Shown: positions 1 to 9,152 of the stretch, in pieces
How the letters are laid out: each line of letters opens with the position of its first letter
Numbering within the stretch: the stretch's first letter is position 1
Assembly (NCBI GenBank): GCA_016867335.1
Contig: VGJU01000001.1
Coordinates: 1-62,794 of the forward strand
Source of the DNA: Candidatus Zixiibacteriota bacterium
Lineage (GTDB): Bacteria; JAAXHH01
DNA: 62,794 nucleotides
Direction: 5' to 3'
Program-made: the position numbers and the translations under genes
Notes under the pieces: model-generated
Told to the model about the DNA's origin: nothing
The model's input: the letters and a program-made list of their open reading frames with translations, nothing else
The model's database searches: none

Positions 1-52
1 TGACCGGAGTTGCCGACTGGACGGCGCTTTACATCGTCTCCGGGCAAAAACT

Positions 53-1174
53 GTGACGGTCTCCGACCCACCCCGCGAACCGCACGGCACTTTGCTCGAC
101 ATCGGAAACTCGGTCCGGCTCCGACTGCGCGTATACCCACCGACCCGATGGAACGGCACCGACCCCGTCGTGCTCGTCCACGGGTTGCTCTCCTCGTCCG
201 ACATCTTCGATCTGCCCGGCGTTCCGGAGGCCAGTCTGGCACGGTATCTTCAACATCGCGGGTTTCTGGTGGTGACGTACGACCAGCGCGGTGCGGGCGG
301 TTCTCAAACCCAATCATGGAAATTTGGTTTGAGCGAACTGGTCACCGAAGATCTGCCGTCCGTGGTGGCATGGACACTCAGAACGTTCGACGCCAAACGG
401 GTAACACTCGGCAGCCACAGCCTCGGTGGGTTGGAAGTGTATCTGTTGCGCGCCTTTCTGGCCATGGGCGGGCAGACCGGAGAAGTTACCCCAGACTGTC
501 TGGGACACACGTTTACCATCGCTTCTCCGGCGTCGTTTACGCCCCAGCTCTCGCCATGGCGGCTGGCGCTACGCCGGAAAAGCCTGTTTCTCGAACGGAC
601 CGACACCCCGGAAGGCGTCGTCACCCCGACCGAATACGCATGGGGGTTGTTCGACCTGAGTTGCCCTCGACTCGCGGCACGGGTTCCCGTCGAGAAAGTC
701 GGCGCGATATGGGCGTTTCTTGGACGTCATCGGTTCGTAGCCGCCTTGTCCTCTTTTCTACCTACTCCCATTCTGGTATACAGCCCCGGCGATTTTTCCA
801 TGTTTGCCCTTCCAAACGTGCTTAACTCTCGGATACTCGATCAGGGGGCGGGACAACTGCTGGCGGAACTCGGACAAGCTATGCGCACCGCCGGAGAAAT
901 GGATATCGAAACGGGCGGACAAAAGATCAAAATGCCCGAAGCGCTGTCGTTCGTACCGCCGTTTTCTCTGCTGACCATCGCCTCGCGTGGCGACCGGATG
1001 ATACCGGAGGCGGATGTGCGTACCGCCACGTCTTTTGTCGCGGGTGTCGAACACGTGGTCGTCGAGGACCGGTTTGGCATACGGTGCGGTCATGCGGGGT
1101 ATCTGTTCAAACCGAGTTTGTATCCGCAGGTTTATCGGATGGTCGAAGCGTTTATCGGAAAGGATAAAGGATGA
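53..1174 (+). CDS. alpha/beta-fold hydrolase (esterase/lipase-like)
   Basis: 373-aa ORF with an HGLLSS oxyanion-region motif and a GSHSLGG nucleophile elbow (GxSxG). ATGA stop/start overlap with the next ORF. Confidence 0.75.
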   Translation: MTVSDPPREPHGTLLDIGNSVRLRLRVYPPTRWNGTDPVVLVHGLLSSSDIFDLPGVPEASLARYLQHRGFLVVTYDQRGAGGSQTQSWKFGLSELVTEDLPSVVAWTLRTFDAKRVTLGSHSLGGLEVYLLRAFLAMGGQTGEVTPDCLGHTFTIASPASFTPQLSPWRLALRRKSLFLERTDTPEGVVTPTEYAWGLFDLSCPRLAARVPVEKVGAIWAFLGRHRFVAALSSFLPTPILVYSPGDFSMFALPNVLNSRILDQGAGQLLAELGQAMRTAGEMDIETGGQKIKMPEALSFVPPFSLLTIASRGDRMIPEADVRTATSFVAGVEHVVVEDRFGIRCGHAGYLFKPSLYPQVYRMVEAFIGKDKG

Positions 1175-2631
1175 AGGGTGAAATCGGGACCTCAGTATCC
1201 GACGTGCCGGCGGTCGAGGCGCTTGCGCGGCTGTATCTCGATTGGGCCGGTCGTCCAGCGTCTTCCATCGTCTCGCTGGGAGCGGACGGCTCCGCGCGCC
1301 ACTACTTCCGCATTGCGGGCATGGAGACCGTCATTGGGGCGTACAACGCAAATCGCCGGGAAAACGAGGCGTTTGTCGCGCTGTCTCGTCATTTTGGCAC
1401 GCATGGGCTGCCCGTTCCGGAGATTTACGCCCAACATCTCGATACCGGTGTCTATTTACAAACCGATCTCGGCGACGATACGCTGTTTTCCCATATCCGT
1501 AGGATGCGTACGGGCGAAATCTTTCCCGACGGTCTGACAGCCTTGTACTACCGCGTGATCGAATGGCTGCCGGAATTTCAAATCATCGCAGCACGCGACA
1601 TGGACTATTCGGTCTGTTATCCGCGTAGTCGCTTCGACGCGCAATCGATGCGTTGGGATTTGAACTACTTCAAATACGACTTTCTCAAACTGGCCGGCAT
1701 ACCGTTCGAAGAGCAGGATCTGGAGCACGATTTCGACCGGTTGATCGCATTTTTGGAACAGGCGGATGCCGTCTATTTTCTGTACCGCGATTTTCAGTCG
1801 CGCAACATCATGTGGACGGACGCGGGGCCGTACTTTATCGACTATCAGGGGGGCAGACAGGGGGCGCTCGCCTACGACATCGCCTCGCTTCTGCTTGACG
1901 CGCGTGCCGCCATTCCGTGGGACATCCGCGAAACGTTGCTGGATTTTTACATGGACATGGTTTCCCGTCATCTTCCGCTGCGCCGCGACGTATTTCGACA
2001 TTATTACGGCGGATATGCGTATCTGCGTCTGTTACAGGCAATGGGCGCCTATGGATTTCGGGGGCTTCACGAAGGCAAGACCCACTTTCTGGCGAGCATT
2101 CCTCCTGCGATACACAATCTCGAAGGGCTGATGACCCGATACCGTCTTCCTGTGGCCCTGCCGGAGCTTTCGCGGATCTGGGAACGTATGTGCGCTTCGG
2201 AGACACTGCGTGGGTACGGCGCGTCTGCCGTTCCGGAGTTGACCGTCCACATCCGGAGTTTTGCCTATAAAAACGGTCTACCCCGTGATACGACCGGACA
2301 CGGAGGCGGATTTGTGTTCGACTGCCGGGCGTTGCCCAATCCGGGACGATATCCGGAGTATGGGATGCTGACGGGCCGTGATGAGACGGTACGGGCGTTT
2401 TTATCGCAGGCCGAAGAGGTGAAACGGTTTGTGTCGCTTGTGGAGGAGATGGTGGATCGGGCGGCGGAGCATCACCGTGCGCGCGGGTTTACCGACCTTA
2501 CGGTCGCGTTTGGATGTACGGGCGGGCAACACCGATCCGTATACTGCGCCGAGCGTCTATCCACGCATCTATCCGGTTGCGAAGGCATACGGGTGGAGAC
2601 GGAGCACCGGGAATTAAAGGGGACTGTGTAG
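1171..2631 (+). CDS. aminoglycoside/AmgK-type sugar kinase domain fused to a RapZ C-terminal domain
   Basis: 486-aa ORF. The N-terminal ~330 aa carry phosphotransferase motifs (YRDFQSRNIMW, IDYQGG). The C-terminal ~130 aa match the RapZ C-domain pattern (FDCRALPNPGRYPEY..LTG, VAFGCTGGQHRSV). Confidence 0.8.
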   Translation: MKGEIGTSVSDVPAVEALARLYLDWAGRPASSIVSLGADGSARHYFRIAGMETVIGAYNANRRENEAFVALSRHFGTHGLPVPEIYAQHLDTGVYLQTDLGDDTLFSHIRRMRTGEIFPDGLTALYYRVIEWLPEFQIIAARDMDYSVCYPRSRFDAQSMRWDLNYFKYDFLKLAGIPFEEQDLEHDFDRLIAFLEQADAVYFLYRDFQSRNIMWTDAGPYFIDYQGGRQGALAYDIASLLLDARAAIPWDIRETLLDFYMDMVSRHLPLRRDVFRHYYGGYAYLRLLQAMGAYGFRGLHEGKTHFLASIPPAIHNLEGLMTRYRLPVALPELSRIWERMCASETLRGYGASAVPELTVHIRSFAYKNGLPRDTTGHGGGFVFDCRALPNPGRYPEYGMLTGRDETVRAFLSQAEEVKRFVSLVEEMVDRAAEHHRARGFTDLTVAFGCTGGQHRSVYCAERLSTHLSGCEGIRVETEHRELKGTV

Positions 2632-2655
2632 ACGGCCCGGTGGAGAGATGGACTT

Positions 2656-3129
2656 TTACTTGTCCTCTTGTTTTAGTCTTTTAAACAGGTGTTTTTCTTC
2701 GTAAAGCGGAAGGGCGCTACGGATAAAAGCGGCGGTTTCGGAGGCGTGGTAGACCTGCTCGAGTTCGGTACAGAGGGCTTCCACCTCTTGGCGCGTGGCA
2801 CGGTGCGGGCGTAGCGCGTTATAGACGGCGAGGATTTTTTCGTTGGGAACACCGGTCAGTTCGGCGGCGCGACGCAGATTGCCTGCCAACGCGCGCTGAC
2901 CGGCTGCCTCGGCAATATCGGCCTGTCGGCGCAACGTCTCCGGTGTGATCCGCAGATCACCCGCGTCGATTTCACCGGAAACCACACGATCGAGCGAGAC
3001 CTCGTTTAGCGGTATGCCCGACGGGGTGGAAACCCACTCCGGATGTTTTTGCGACAACGGATAGTCTTTTTGAGGGTCAAGCACGAGGGACGAACTCCAT
3101 TTCGCGGATAGGCGCGTCGGCGCGGACAC
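2656..3129 (-). CDS. pduE: coenzyme-B12 diol/glycerol dehydratase small (gamma) subunit (PduE/DhaB3-like)
   Basis: 157-aa ORF with DYPLSQKHPEW, DLRITPETLRRQADIAE, NLRRAAELTGVP and YNALRPHR. A GTG at 3084 overlapping the upstream stop is a plausible alternative start. Diol versus glycerol specificity cannot be told from sequence alone. Confidence 0.85.
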   Translation of the reverse strand: MSAPTRLSAKWSSSLVLDPQKDYPLSQKHPEWVSTPSGIPLNEVSLDRVVSGEIDAGDLRITPETLRRQADIAEAAGQRALAGNLRRAAELTGVPNEKILAVYNALRPHRATRQEVEALCTELEQVYHASETAAFIRSALPLYEEKHLFKRLKQEDK

Positions 3130-5317
3130 ATTCGGTTTCGCGTCGGTGCATGAGCGTAGTTTTGACGATATACCTCAGTCGCGCCATATTGTCGATCATC
3201 GAAGGAACGGGCGACACGGGAAGCCCCTTGGCGTATCGCGCCGCATTGCGTCCTATGGTCCGGTACGATTCGACGGTAAGATTGGGTGACATGCCAAAAA
3301 GTTCGAGGTTGTTTAGCGGGTTGAGTCCTTTTTTCGTGATTAGGATGGTCCCTTTGGACTGCATCCCTATGGCGATGCCGGAACCGCTCAGTTGTGCGCC
3401 GTGCCACCCGATAAACCCACAGTCCGACGTCTGAAACACCTTGACGATACGGGCGACAAGCCCCTCGGTTTCGATACCTTCGACAAGCGCTTGCAGTATC
3501 GTCTCGTGCGGAATCCCCGACAGCGTTTCCGTGATGGCGGTCCCAAATGCCGGACCGAGCGCGACGACTACTTCGCCGGGTGTTGGACCGGGTTGCGCCG
3601 GTCCTTTGGACTTCAATCCTTTGAGCGGTTGGCCCGACGTGGTGGAGCGGATCACCTCATCCGGTTTCCGGGCCTGAGGGATACGTTTCAACCGTTCCCA
3701 CCGCTCGCCGTCCACCCGGTAGCCGGAGCCGGGACCGACATAGTCATTGGGATCGTTGACGCCGCTTAGCGGCTCGAACCGTTCGGTGATGATGGCGGCA
3801 GGCTGGAGATAGTCGCCCGAGAGACGTTGTTTTTGCATTTCGAGCAGTCTTTCGGCTACATCCGGACAACCTCCGCGAGCCAGCGCCGCAATGACGTTGA
3901 CGATGGTCTGCGGCCCGTTGAGAAATGCCTCTGCCGCGGCAAGGTCGGCCACTCGGTCGCGGTCGGGCATGTCCTCGCTGGCATGGCCATATACCGCGGC
4001 ATTTACCTCTTCATCGGTAATGGAGGGGAAGCCGAGTTCGGCGTAGACCGTCTGAATCGCCCGTGCGCCCCGCATCCGAGCCGCCACGACCTCTTCCTCG
4101 GTCGCGGGCGCGATACCGCCGTCCACCTGCATGTCGCGTTGCACGACCGTCCAGTCGTCAAAATCCTCGGCGTCGAAATCGCCACCGCCAAACAGGTTGT
4201 CCTTTCTCGGCATCGAACTGTACCCGGACGTGATAAAGTCGGTCCCCGGCAAAAGCTGCAACATCAGCTTAGCGGTCTTGCGGATGTCGGAGTGCGAAGC
4301 CATGGCGTCGTTGCCGGAAGCTACTTCGAGACCCAGCATCGTGGCGATGAGGTTTTCCGCAAGAACACCCCTTACCCCGCCGGGTAGCGATTCGGGAAGC
4401 GCGATACAACTGATGGAGCCGTTTTGCACACCCTGACTGCCGCTGCCCTTGACCAGCATCAGACACCGCGCTTCCAGATAAAGCATCGACTTGCCTTCGG
4501 CGTGTCCCATGAGCGCTTCCGAGCCGGTTCCGGAGGTAAAACGGATTTTTACGCCACGGCCGGCATAGGCCGAGGCCAGAAAGGCTTTGGACCATGGCGT
4601 ATCATCGCCATCGGTAAAGGTGGCTTCGGTGCCGTAAACCGACAACGTTTCGGCGTACGAGGTAAATCCTTTCATCGCCAGCTTGAGACTCATCGCCTCC
4701 TCGACGGCGCATTGGGTCAGCACCCCGCCGCGCCCCGCCTGCGAGCCGACGAGAATCGATAGCGCGTTAAACGGGGCGGAACGCGAAACCGCTACGGTAG
4801 TCTCCTCTTCGGCAAACCCCCGCCACGCGGCTTCGGCGGCATCGGCGGCCAAAAGCGCCGGATGCTCTTTCCGGTTGGTGACGTGCGCCTGATTGGCCGT
4901 TGTGCGTCGTACACGCAATTTCTGTAACGCCATCATCATCTCGACCACGTTTAGATGACGAACGATATCCACGAGTTTTGCCGGTGTTACCCCCTCCAGC
5001 ATCCGCACAATTTTGTGTCGCGGCACGTGGATGTCCACCAGCATACGGGCATATTCGAGCGAATCGACCGCCATCGACGCTTCCGCTATGACCGGGTCAA
5101 TGGCATGATCGGCAATAAACCGGTCGATCATATCAAATCGATCCTCCGTACGTCCGTCCATCTCGACGATACGCCCATCTCTTACGCAAATACCGGGCTT
5201 GGGATCGTTTGGGCTGTCCATGATCGTCAGACCCGCGTCCGCCCATTCTTCTATAAAACTGTCCCGATTGACTTCGCGGTCGGCCAGCAGGGCAAACCGC
5301 CGGGAACGTTTTTCCAT
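3077..5317 (-). CDS. pduC: coenzyme-B12 diol/glycerol dehydratase, fused large (alpha) + medium (beta) subunits
   Basis: 746-aa ORF. The first ~550 aa show the large-subunit pattern (VVEMMMALQKL, FTSYAETLSVYGTE, RFTSGTGSEALMG). The last ~190 aa show the medium-subunit pattern (GIPHETILQALVEGIETEG, GMQSKGT) in the same frame. Confidence 0.9.
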   Translation of the reverse strand: MEKRSRRFALLADREVNRDSFIEEWADAGLTIMDSPNDPKPGICVRDGRIVEMDGRTEDRFDMIDRFIADHAIDPVIAEASMAVDSLEYARMLVDIHVPRHKIVRMLEGVTPAKLVDIVRHLNVVEMMMALQKLRVRRTTANQAHVTNRKEHPALLAADAAEAAWRGFAEEETTVAVSRSAPFNALSILVGSQAGRGGVLTQCAVEEAMSLKLAMKGFTSYAETLSVYGTEATFTDGDDTPWSKAFLASAYAGRGVKIRFTSGTGSEALMGHAEGKSMLYLEARCLMLVKGSGSQGVQNGSISCIALPESLPGGVRGVLAENLIATMLGLEVASGNDAMASHSDIRKTAKLMLQLLPGTDFITSGYSSMPRKDNLFGGGDFDAEDFDDWTVVQRDMQVDGGIAPATEEEVVAARMRGARAIQTVYAELGFPSITDEEVNAAVYGHASEDMPDRDRVADLAAAEAFLNGPQTIVNVIAALARGGCPDVAERLLEMQKQRLSGDYLQPAAIITERFEPLSGVNDPNDYVGPGSGYRVDGERWERLKRIPQARKPDEVIRSTTSGQPLKGLKSKGPAQPGPTPGEVVVALGPAFGTAITETLSGIPHETILQALVEGIETEGLVARIVKVFQTSDCGFIGWHGAQLSGSGIAIGMQSKGTILITKKGLNPLNNLELFGMSPNLTVESYRTIGRNAARYAKGLPVSPVPSMIDNMARLRYIVKTTLMHRRETECVRADAPIREMEFVPRA

Positions 5318-5372
5318 CGTCCGACTCCGTGAAAACGTTTAAGTTTCCGACGGGACATGCCGCAACCATTTC

Positions 5373-5489
5373 CAAAACCCGACGCTTCGGGTCTCAAACG
5401 GTTGTAAATGGTTACAGGATGCCCCGTCAGGCAGAGCGTTCGGGTCCAAAACTCGACGCTTCGGGTCCAAACAGTTGTAATCGGTTTAC
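5373..5489. repeat. two ~43-nt imperfect direct repeats plus a third core copy
   Basis: 5373-5415 (caaaacccgacgcttcgggtctcaaacggttgtaaatggttac) versus 5447-5489 (caaaactcgacgcttcgggtccaaacagttgtaatcggtttac). An extra core cgttcgggtccaaa lies at 5437-5450. The repeats sit upstream of the dehydratase start. Confidence 0.8.
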
Positions 5490-5519
5490 GAGATACACTG
5501 CCGGAAAAAGAACTGGATG

Positions 5520-5711
5520 TCAGTCTCCAACCCAAGTCCATGACCGCCAGAACCGAAAATGGCAGGAAGGACACCGGTACGGACACTGCCCCCACCGGAA
5601 CAGCGCCGCGATCCAGTCTATCGCCCGAAATGGGGCTTGGGGGACCGGTTCCGTTTTGCAGTGGGGACATATACGCATGAGATATCCACCGTTTCCTTTT
5701 CTCCATAGCAC
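5520..5711 (-). CDS. possible small zinc-ribbon protein (63 aa)
   Basis: ORF with CPHC..(27 aa)..CPSC spacing (ICPHCKTEP ... YRCPSCHFRF). It sits in a 760-bp divergent intergenic region, and I saw no clear SD. Confidence 0.3.
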   Translation of the reverse strand: MLWRKGNGGYLMRICPHCKTEPVPQAPFRAIDWIAALFRWGQCPYRCPSCHFRFWRSWTWVGD

Positions 5712-6077
5712 GCTTTGAGCGCAGACACGATATGCGCTGAAAGACTCTCACGCAAGCAAATTGTGGCATCGCACGACAGACCGAACAGGGTCTTGTGTGA
5801 TATGGATCACATAAAATTCGACAGAGTTTATATTTTCATTTGCATGTTTACCAGAGAGTTATATATTTTTATCGTCTTTCCATGTAAAATTTCGGAACGG
5901 GATGAAACACGCTGCCGTCTTATGGACAGCAGTGGAAATGCCTGTTCCGTACGAGACGAAACGACAAAAAAAAGGAACACATTTTTGCTTCGGATCGTCT
6001 AACAAGTAGGACAGGCACGATGGAAAGCGCGGTGCACCCGGGCGAATCGCAAAACCTTCATCACCGGAAACCGATTT

Positions 6078-6908
6078 TTGTTACAGGAGGATACACGCAT
6101 GACGCACCTTTCTCGACTCACCTCAGCCGCCGGCGTACTTGCCGTCGTTTTTGTGACAGGATGCGGCCAGACCCCGCTGTCGTCCAATCTGACCAACATC
6201 AACACGGCTGCGGAGCAGATCGCCACGCTCCAAGCAAACGGCATAGACGCCGAACTTTTGGCGCTTACCAGCGAGGTGGACGAGGTTCCTTCTCCCAACG
6301 ATGGTCTGGTTCCGCCGCCCAATCAGCAGCCGCCGCCACGTATCGACCGGCTCAAGGAAGCGCTGGGACTTTCCGACGATCAGATTGCCCAGATCGAAGC
6401 CATCGTCGAGGATGTACGCGATCAGATCACGGCGATCCATGAACAGGTAAAAGCCGGCACGCTGACCCGCGCGGCGGCCCGTGAACAGATCAAGGCCATT
6501 CATGACGACCAGAAGGCCCAGATCGAAGCTCTGTTGACCGAAGCGCAAAAGACCAAGTTTGCCGAACTGCGTCAGCAACATGGCCGTCAGTTCAACATCG
6601 ACCGTCTGGCTGCGTTTCTTGGGCTTACCGATGAGCAGAAAACGCAGATAGAGACCATCATGCAGACACACCGGGATCAGATGGCGGCGATCCGCCAGCA
6701 GGTGGAGGCCGGCACGCTTTCCCGCCAATCCGCGCGCGAACAGATCAAAACGCTCCACAACTCCGAACGGGATCAGTTAGCGGGTGTGTTGAGCCAAGAA
6801 CAACTTCAGAAACTGCGCCGCGTGCTTAACCACCACCGCTTCGGGTTAGGTCCGGGCGGATTTGGACGCGGTCCTCAAGGAAATCATCCCCGCCCCGGCG
6901 AACCGTAG
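6078..6908 (+). CDS. lipoprotein with two Spy/CpxP-like (LTxxQ-type) helical repeats
   Basis: The likely start is the Met at 6099, preceded by GGAGG. Signal peptide plus lipobox VFVTGC. There are two ~95-aa internal repeats (LGLSDDQIAQIEAIV...QVKAGTLTRAAAREQIKAIH and LGLTDEQKTQIETIM...QVEAGTLSRQSAREQIKTLH). Confidence 0.7.
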   Translation: MLQEDTRMTHLSRLTSAAGVLAVVFVTGCGQTPLSSNLTNINTAAEQIATLQANGIDAELLALTSEVDEVPSPNDGLVPPPNQQPPPRIDRLKEALGLSDDQIAQIEAIVEDVRDQITAIHEQVKAGTLTRAAAREQIKAIHDDQKAQIEALLTEAQKTKFAELRQQHGRQFNIDRLAAFLGLTDEQKTQIETIMQTHRDQMAAIRQQVEAGTLSRQSAREQIKTLHNSERDQLAGVLSQEQLQKLRRVLNHHRFGLGPGGFGRGPQGNHPRPGEP

Positions 6909-6930
6909 AAGACACCTCGCTCCTTCCCAA

Positions 6931-6964
6931 CCCCGTTGTTCTCCGGAACAGCGGGGTTTTTTTA
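6931..6964 (+). terminator. intrinsic terminator
   Basis: An 11-bp stem CCCCGTTGTTC / GAACAGCGGGG (one G-U pair) with loop TCCG, followed by TTTTTTT. It lies 22 nt after the stop of the lipoprotein gene. Confidence 0.8.
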
Positions 6965-7948
6965 TGTATCCACGCGCCGCACCCCATGCCGTCCCACGCC
7001 GGACAGCCACGCATGCGCATAGCGAACCCCAGCGGACGCCGTTAGGGCGATGCCGAGCGCATACACGCCAAATCTCTCGAGCCATCCCTTGCGGTGTTTT
7101 CGAAAATATCGGTAGCAACACCGGTGTGACGCCAGAATCATATGGGGCCGCACCTGATTGACACTCCCACCGCCGTAATGCGTCATGACCGCACCGGGTA
7201 CGAAATGGATTATCCATCCGTGTTGCCGGATACGAAGACACCAATCCACATCGTTAAAAAACATAGGCAGATGTTCGTCCCACCCGCCTATCTGTTGCCA
7301 TATTTCGCGCCGGACCATCAAACTCGACCCACGAGGCTGATCGACCTCGCGGAGGGTTTGATGGTCAAAATCGCCCATACGCCATTTGCCAAAGACGGGA
7401 TGTTTGGGCAACAGACGGCTCAACCCCGAAAACTCCCAGACAAACGTCAAAAACGTAGGAAACGTGCGACATGAGAGTTGAGGACGTCCATCCGGATAAA
7501 CGAGCCGCGGCCCTACCGCACCGGTTTCGGAGTGGGTTTCCAGAAAACTGGCCAACGTATCCAGCGATTCAGGATGTATAAATGTGTCGGAGCAGAGCAG
7601 TTGGATAAAAGAGCGTCCGCTTTGTTCCATGCCACGGTTAAACGTGGCGGACACGCCGAGGTTGCGGCTGTTTTCGATCAGTTTGACTTGGGGAAACTGT
7701 CGGTGGACAAAAGCCGCACTGCCGTCCGTCGAGGCGTCGTCCACCACGATGACCTCTATGTCGCGCCCACGCGCCGCTACATAGACTGCGTCAAGACACC
7801 GTTCGAGAAACGCGGCGCTGTTCCAGCTTCCCACGACGACCGACACGTCGAGCGGACGGGCAGGTACGGTGGAGAGGTCAGTGGATTGCGGCGGTGTCGA
7901 GGACACGAGCAAGTTGCTCCGCGAGAAAGGGACGGGTAAAAGACGCAA
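6962..7948 (-). CDS. family 2 (GT-A) glycosyltransferase
   Basis: DVSVVVGSWNS...IEVIVVDDASTDGS N-terminal pattern. The start is uncertain because of a 71-nt overlap with the upstream ORF. Confidence 0.8.
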   Translation of the reverse strand: MRLLPVPFSRSNLLVSSTPPQSTDLSTVPARPLDVSVVVGSWNSAAFLERCLDAVYVAARGRDIEVIVVDDASTDGSAAFVHRQFPQVKLIENSRNLGVSATFNRGMEQSGRSFIQLLCSDTFIHPESLDTLASFLETHSETGAVGPRLVYPDGRPQLSCRTFPTFLTFVWEFSGLSRLLPKHPVFGKWRMGDFDHQTLREVDQPRGSSLMVRREIWQQIGGWDEHLPMFFNDVDWCLRIRQHGWIIHFVPGAVMTHYGGGSVNQVRPHMILASHRCCYRYFRKHRKGWLERFGVYALGIALTASAGVRYAHAWLSGVGRHGVRRVDT

Positions 7949-9152
7949 GCGACGGCGTATTAACCGGAAAGACCGGGAACATACCTTGTATGTGTTGAGC
8001 GACCCATGTTTCGAGCGTGTTCGCCATGTCGTCGATACGGTCGGGCGACAGCGTCGTGCCGCGCCCGTATGCCGTGATCAGACGACTGGCGGCACCGTCC
8101 GGAGCGATACACAACACAGGTTTTCCGGCGGCGAGGTATTCATAGATTTTTCCGGTTGGCACATCCATCGCTTCGGCCGTGTCCGACGTGATAAAAAGCG
8201 CCAGGGCGTCCGCCTCGAGCATCTGTGTCACGGCCTCTCGGTGTGTCAGATATCCGAGGGGGAATAGGGTTTTTTCGAGTCTATAGCTGCGGATGATCCC
8301 GGCAAGATCGATCCCTACCGCCGCGCCTGCCAACCGGACCTCCACACGGGATGCCGCCGCCGGGTTGCGGTCCCATAGTCGCCGCAGGGCACGCAACAAC
8401 GGTTCCGGGTTGCGGGCGGTGTTAAACGCCCCGCAACAGGTCAGCACAAAACGATCCGGATGCGGTGTCGGAGCCGGAGTTGCAAAATCCGCCGGGTCGA
8501 ACCCATTGGGGAGGATCCGCACCACACTGCCGGGCCGTGCCGTCAGGAGTTGCGTACCGATTCCCTCGGATACTGCGGTGATGCAGGCCGCCGTATCCAG
8601 AATGGTTTTCTGAAGCCGCTCGGTCAGATGGCGTCCTGCATCGCCGCGAAAACGCTCAAATTCGCCACCGGTCCACGCATCCCGGAAGTCGGCTATATGC
8701 GGCAGACCGGTAAGCCGATGGAGCAAATGCCCAGCCCAATGGGCGGAAGCAGGCGGAAACGTTGAAAAGATTGCTTCTACGGGTTCACGGGATATGACGC
8801 GAAGCCCGCGTGCTACGGCAAAAGGTATCCATCCGGCTTGATAGTCGGGAAAACAAATCCGACGCAACCATGCCGGTCCGGCAGTTACCTTTGCTTTGTC
8901 CGAATGGGATTTGTTCCCGATCAAATACGCCAGTCGAAGCGGGTCGAGCGATTCCGTGCGTTCCACACACACCGTTTCGGGAAGTTCGTCGAGAAGCGAA
9001 GGGTCGTAGCCGTAGTAACGCACATTTTTTACCGTTATCACGACGGGGCGCCATCCGTACTCCGGGAGATAACGGGCGAATTTGAGCGCGCGCTGCACCC
9101 CGCCCAACCCCATCGGCGGGAAATAGTAGGCCAGCATGAGAACGGAAGACAT
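7878..9152 (-). CDS. GT-B (family 4-like) glycosyltransferase
   Basis: Track ORF 7878..9272 trimmed to the Met at 9152 (MSSVLMLAYYFPPMGLGGVQR). The C-terminal region includes KIYEYLAAGKPVL. TGATG stop/start overlap with the upstream gene. Confidence 0.75.
   Translation of the reverse strand: MSSVLMLAYYFPPMGLGGVQRALKFARYLPEYGWRPVVITVKNVRYYGYDPSLLDELPETVCVERTESLDPLRLAYLIGNKSHSDKAKVTAGPAWLRRICFPDYQAGWIPFAVARGLRVISREPVEAIFSTFPPASAHWAGHLLHRLTGLPHIADFRDAWTGGEFERFRGDAGRHLTERLQKTILDTAACITAVSEGIGTQLLTARPGSVVRILPNGFDPADFATPAPTPHPDRFVLTCCGAFNTARNPEPLLRALRRLWDRNPAAASRVEVRLAGAAVGIDLAGIIRSYRLEKTLFPLGYLTHREAVTQMLEADALALFITSDTAEAMDVPTGKIYEYLAAGKPVLCIAPDGAASRLITAYGRGTTLSPDRIDDMANTLETWVAQHIQGMFPVFPVNTPSLASFTRPFLAEQLARVLDTAAIH

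Noticed and set aside
5540-5720. Possible cobalamin riboswitch on the minus strand upstream of the B12-dependent dehydratase (GGAAACGGTGGAT...GTCCCCACTGCAAA resembles the GGGAA..GGTG..CCCGCCACTG core)
   Set aside because: The B12-box region does not match. The 'CCACTG' stretch is equally well explained as the CPHC codons of a zinc-ribbon mini-ORF. B12 riboswitches normally control B12 supply or B12-independent isozymes, not B12-dependent enzymes. An Infernal scan would settle it.
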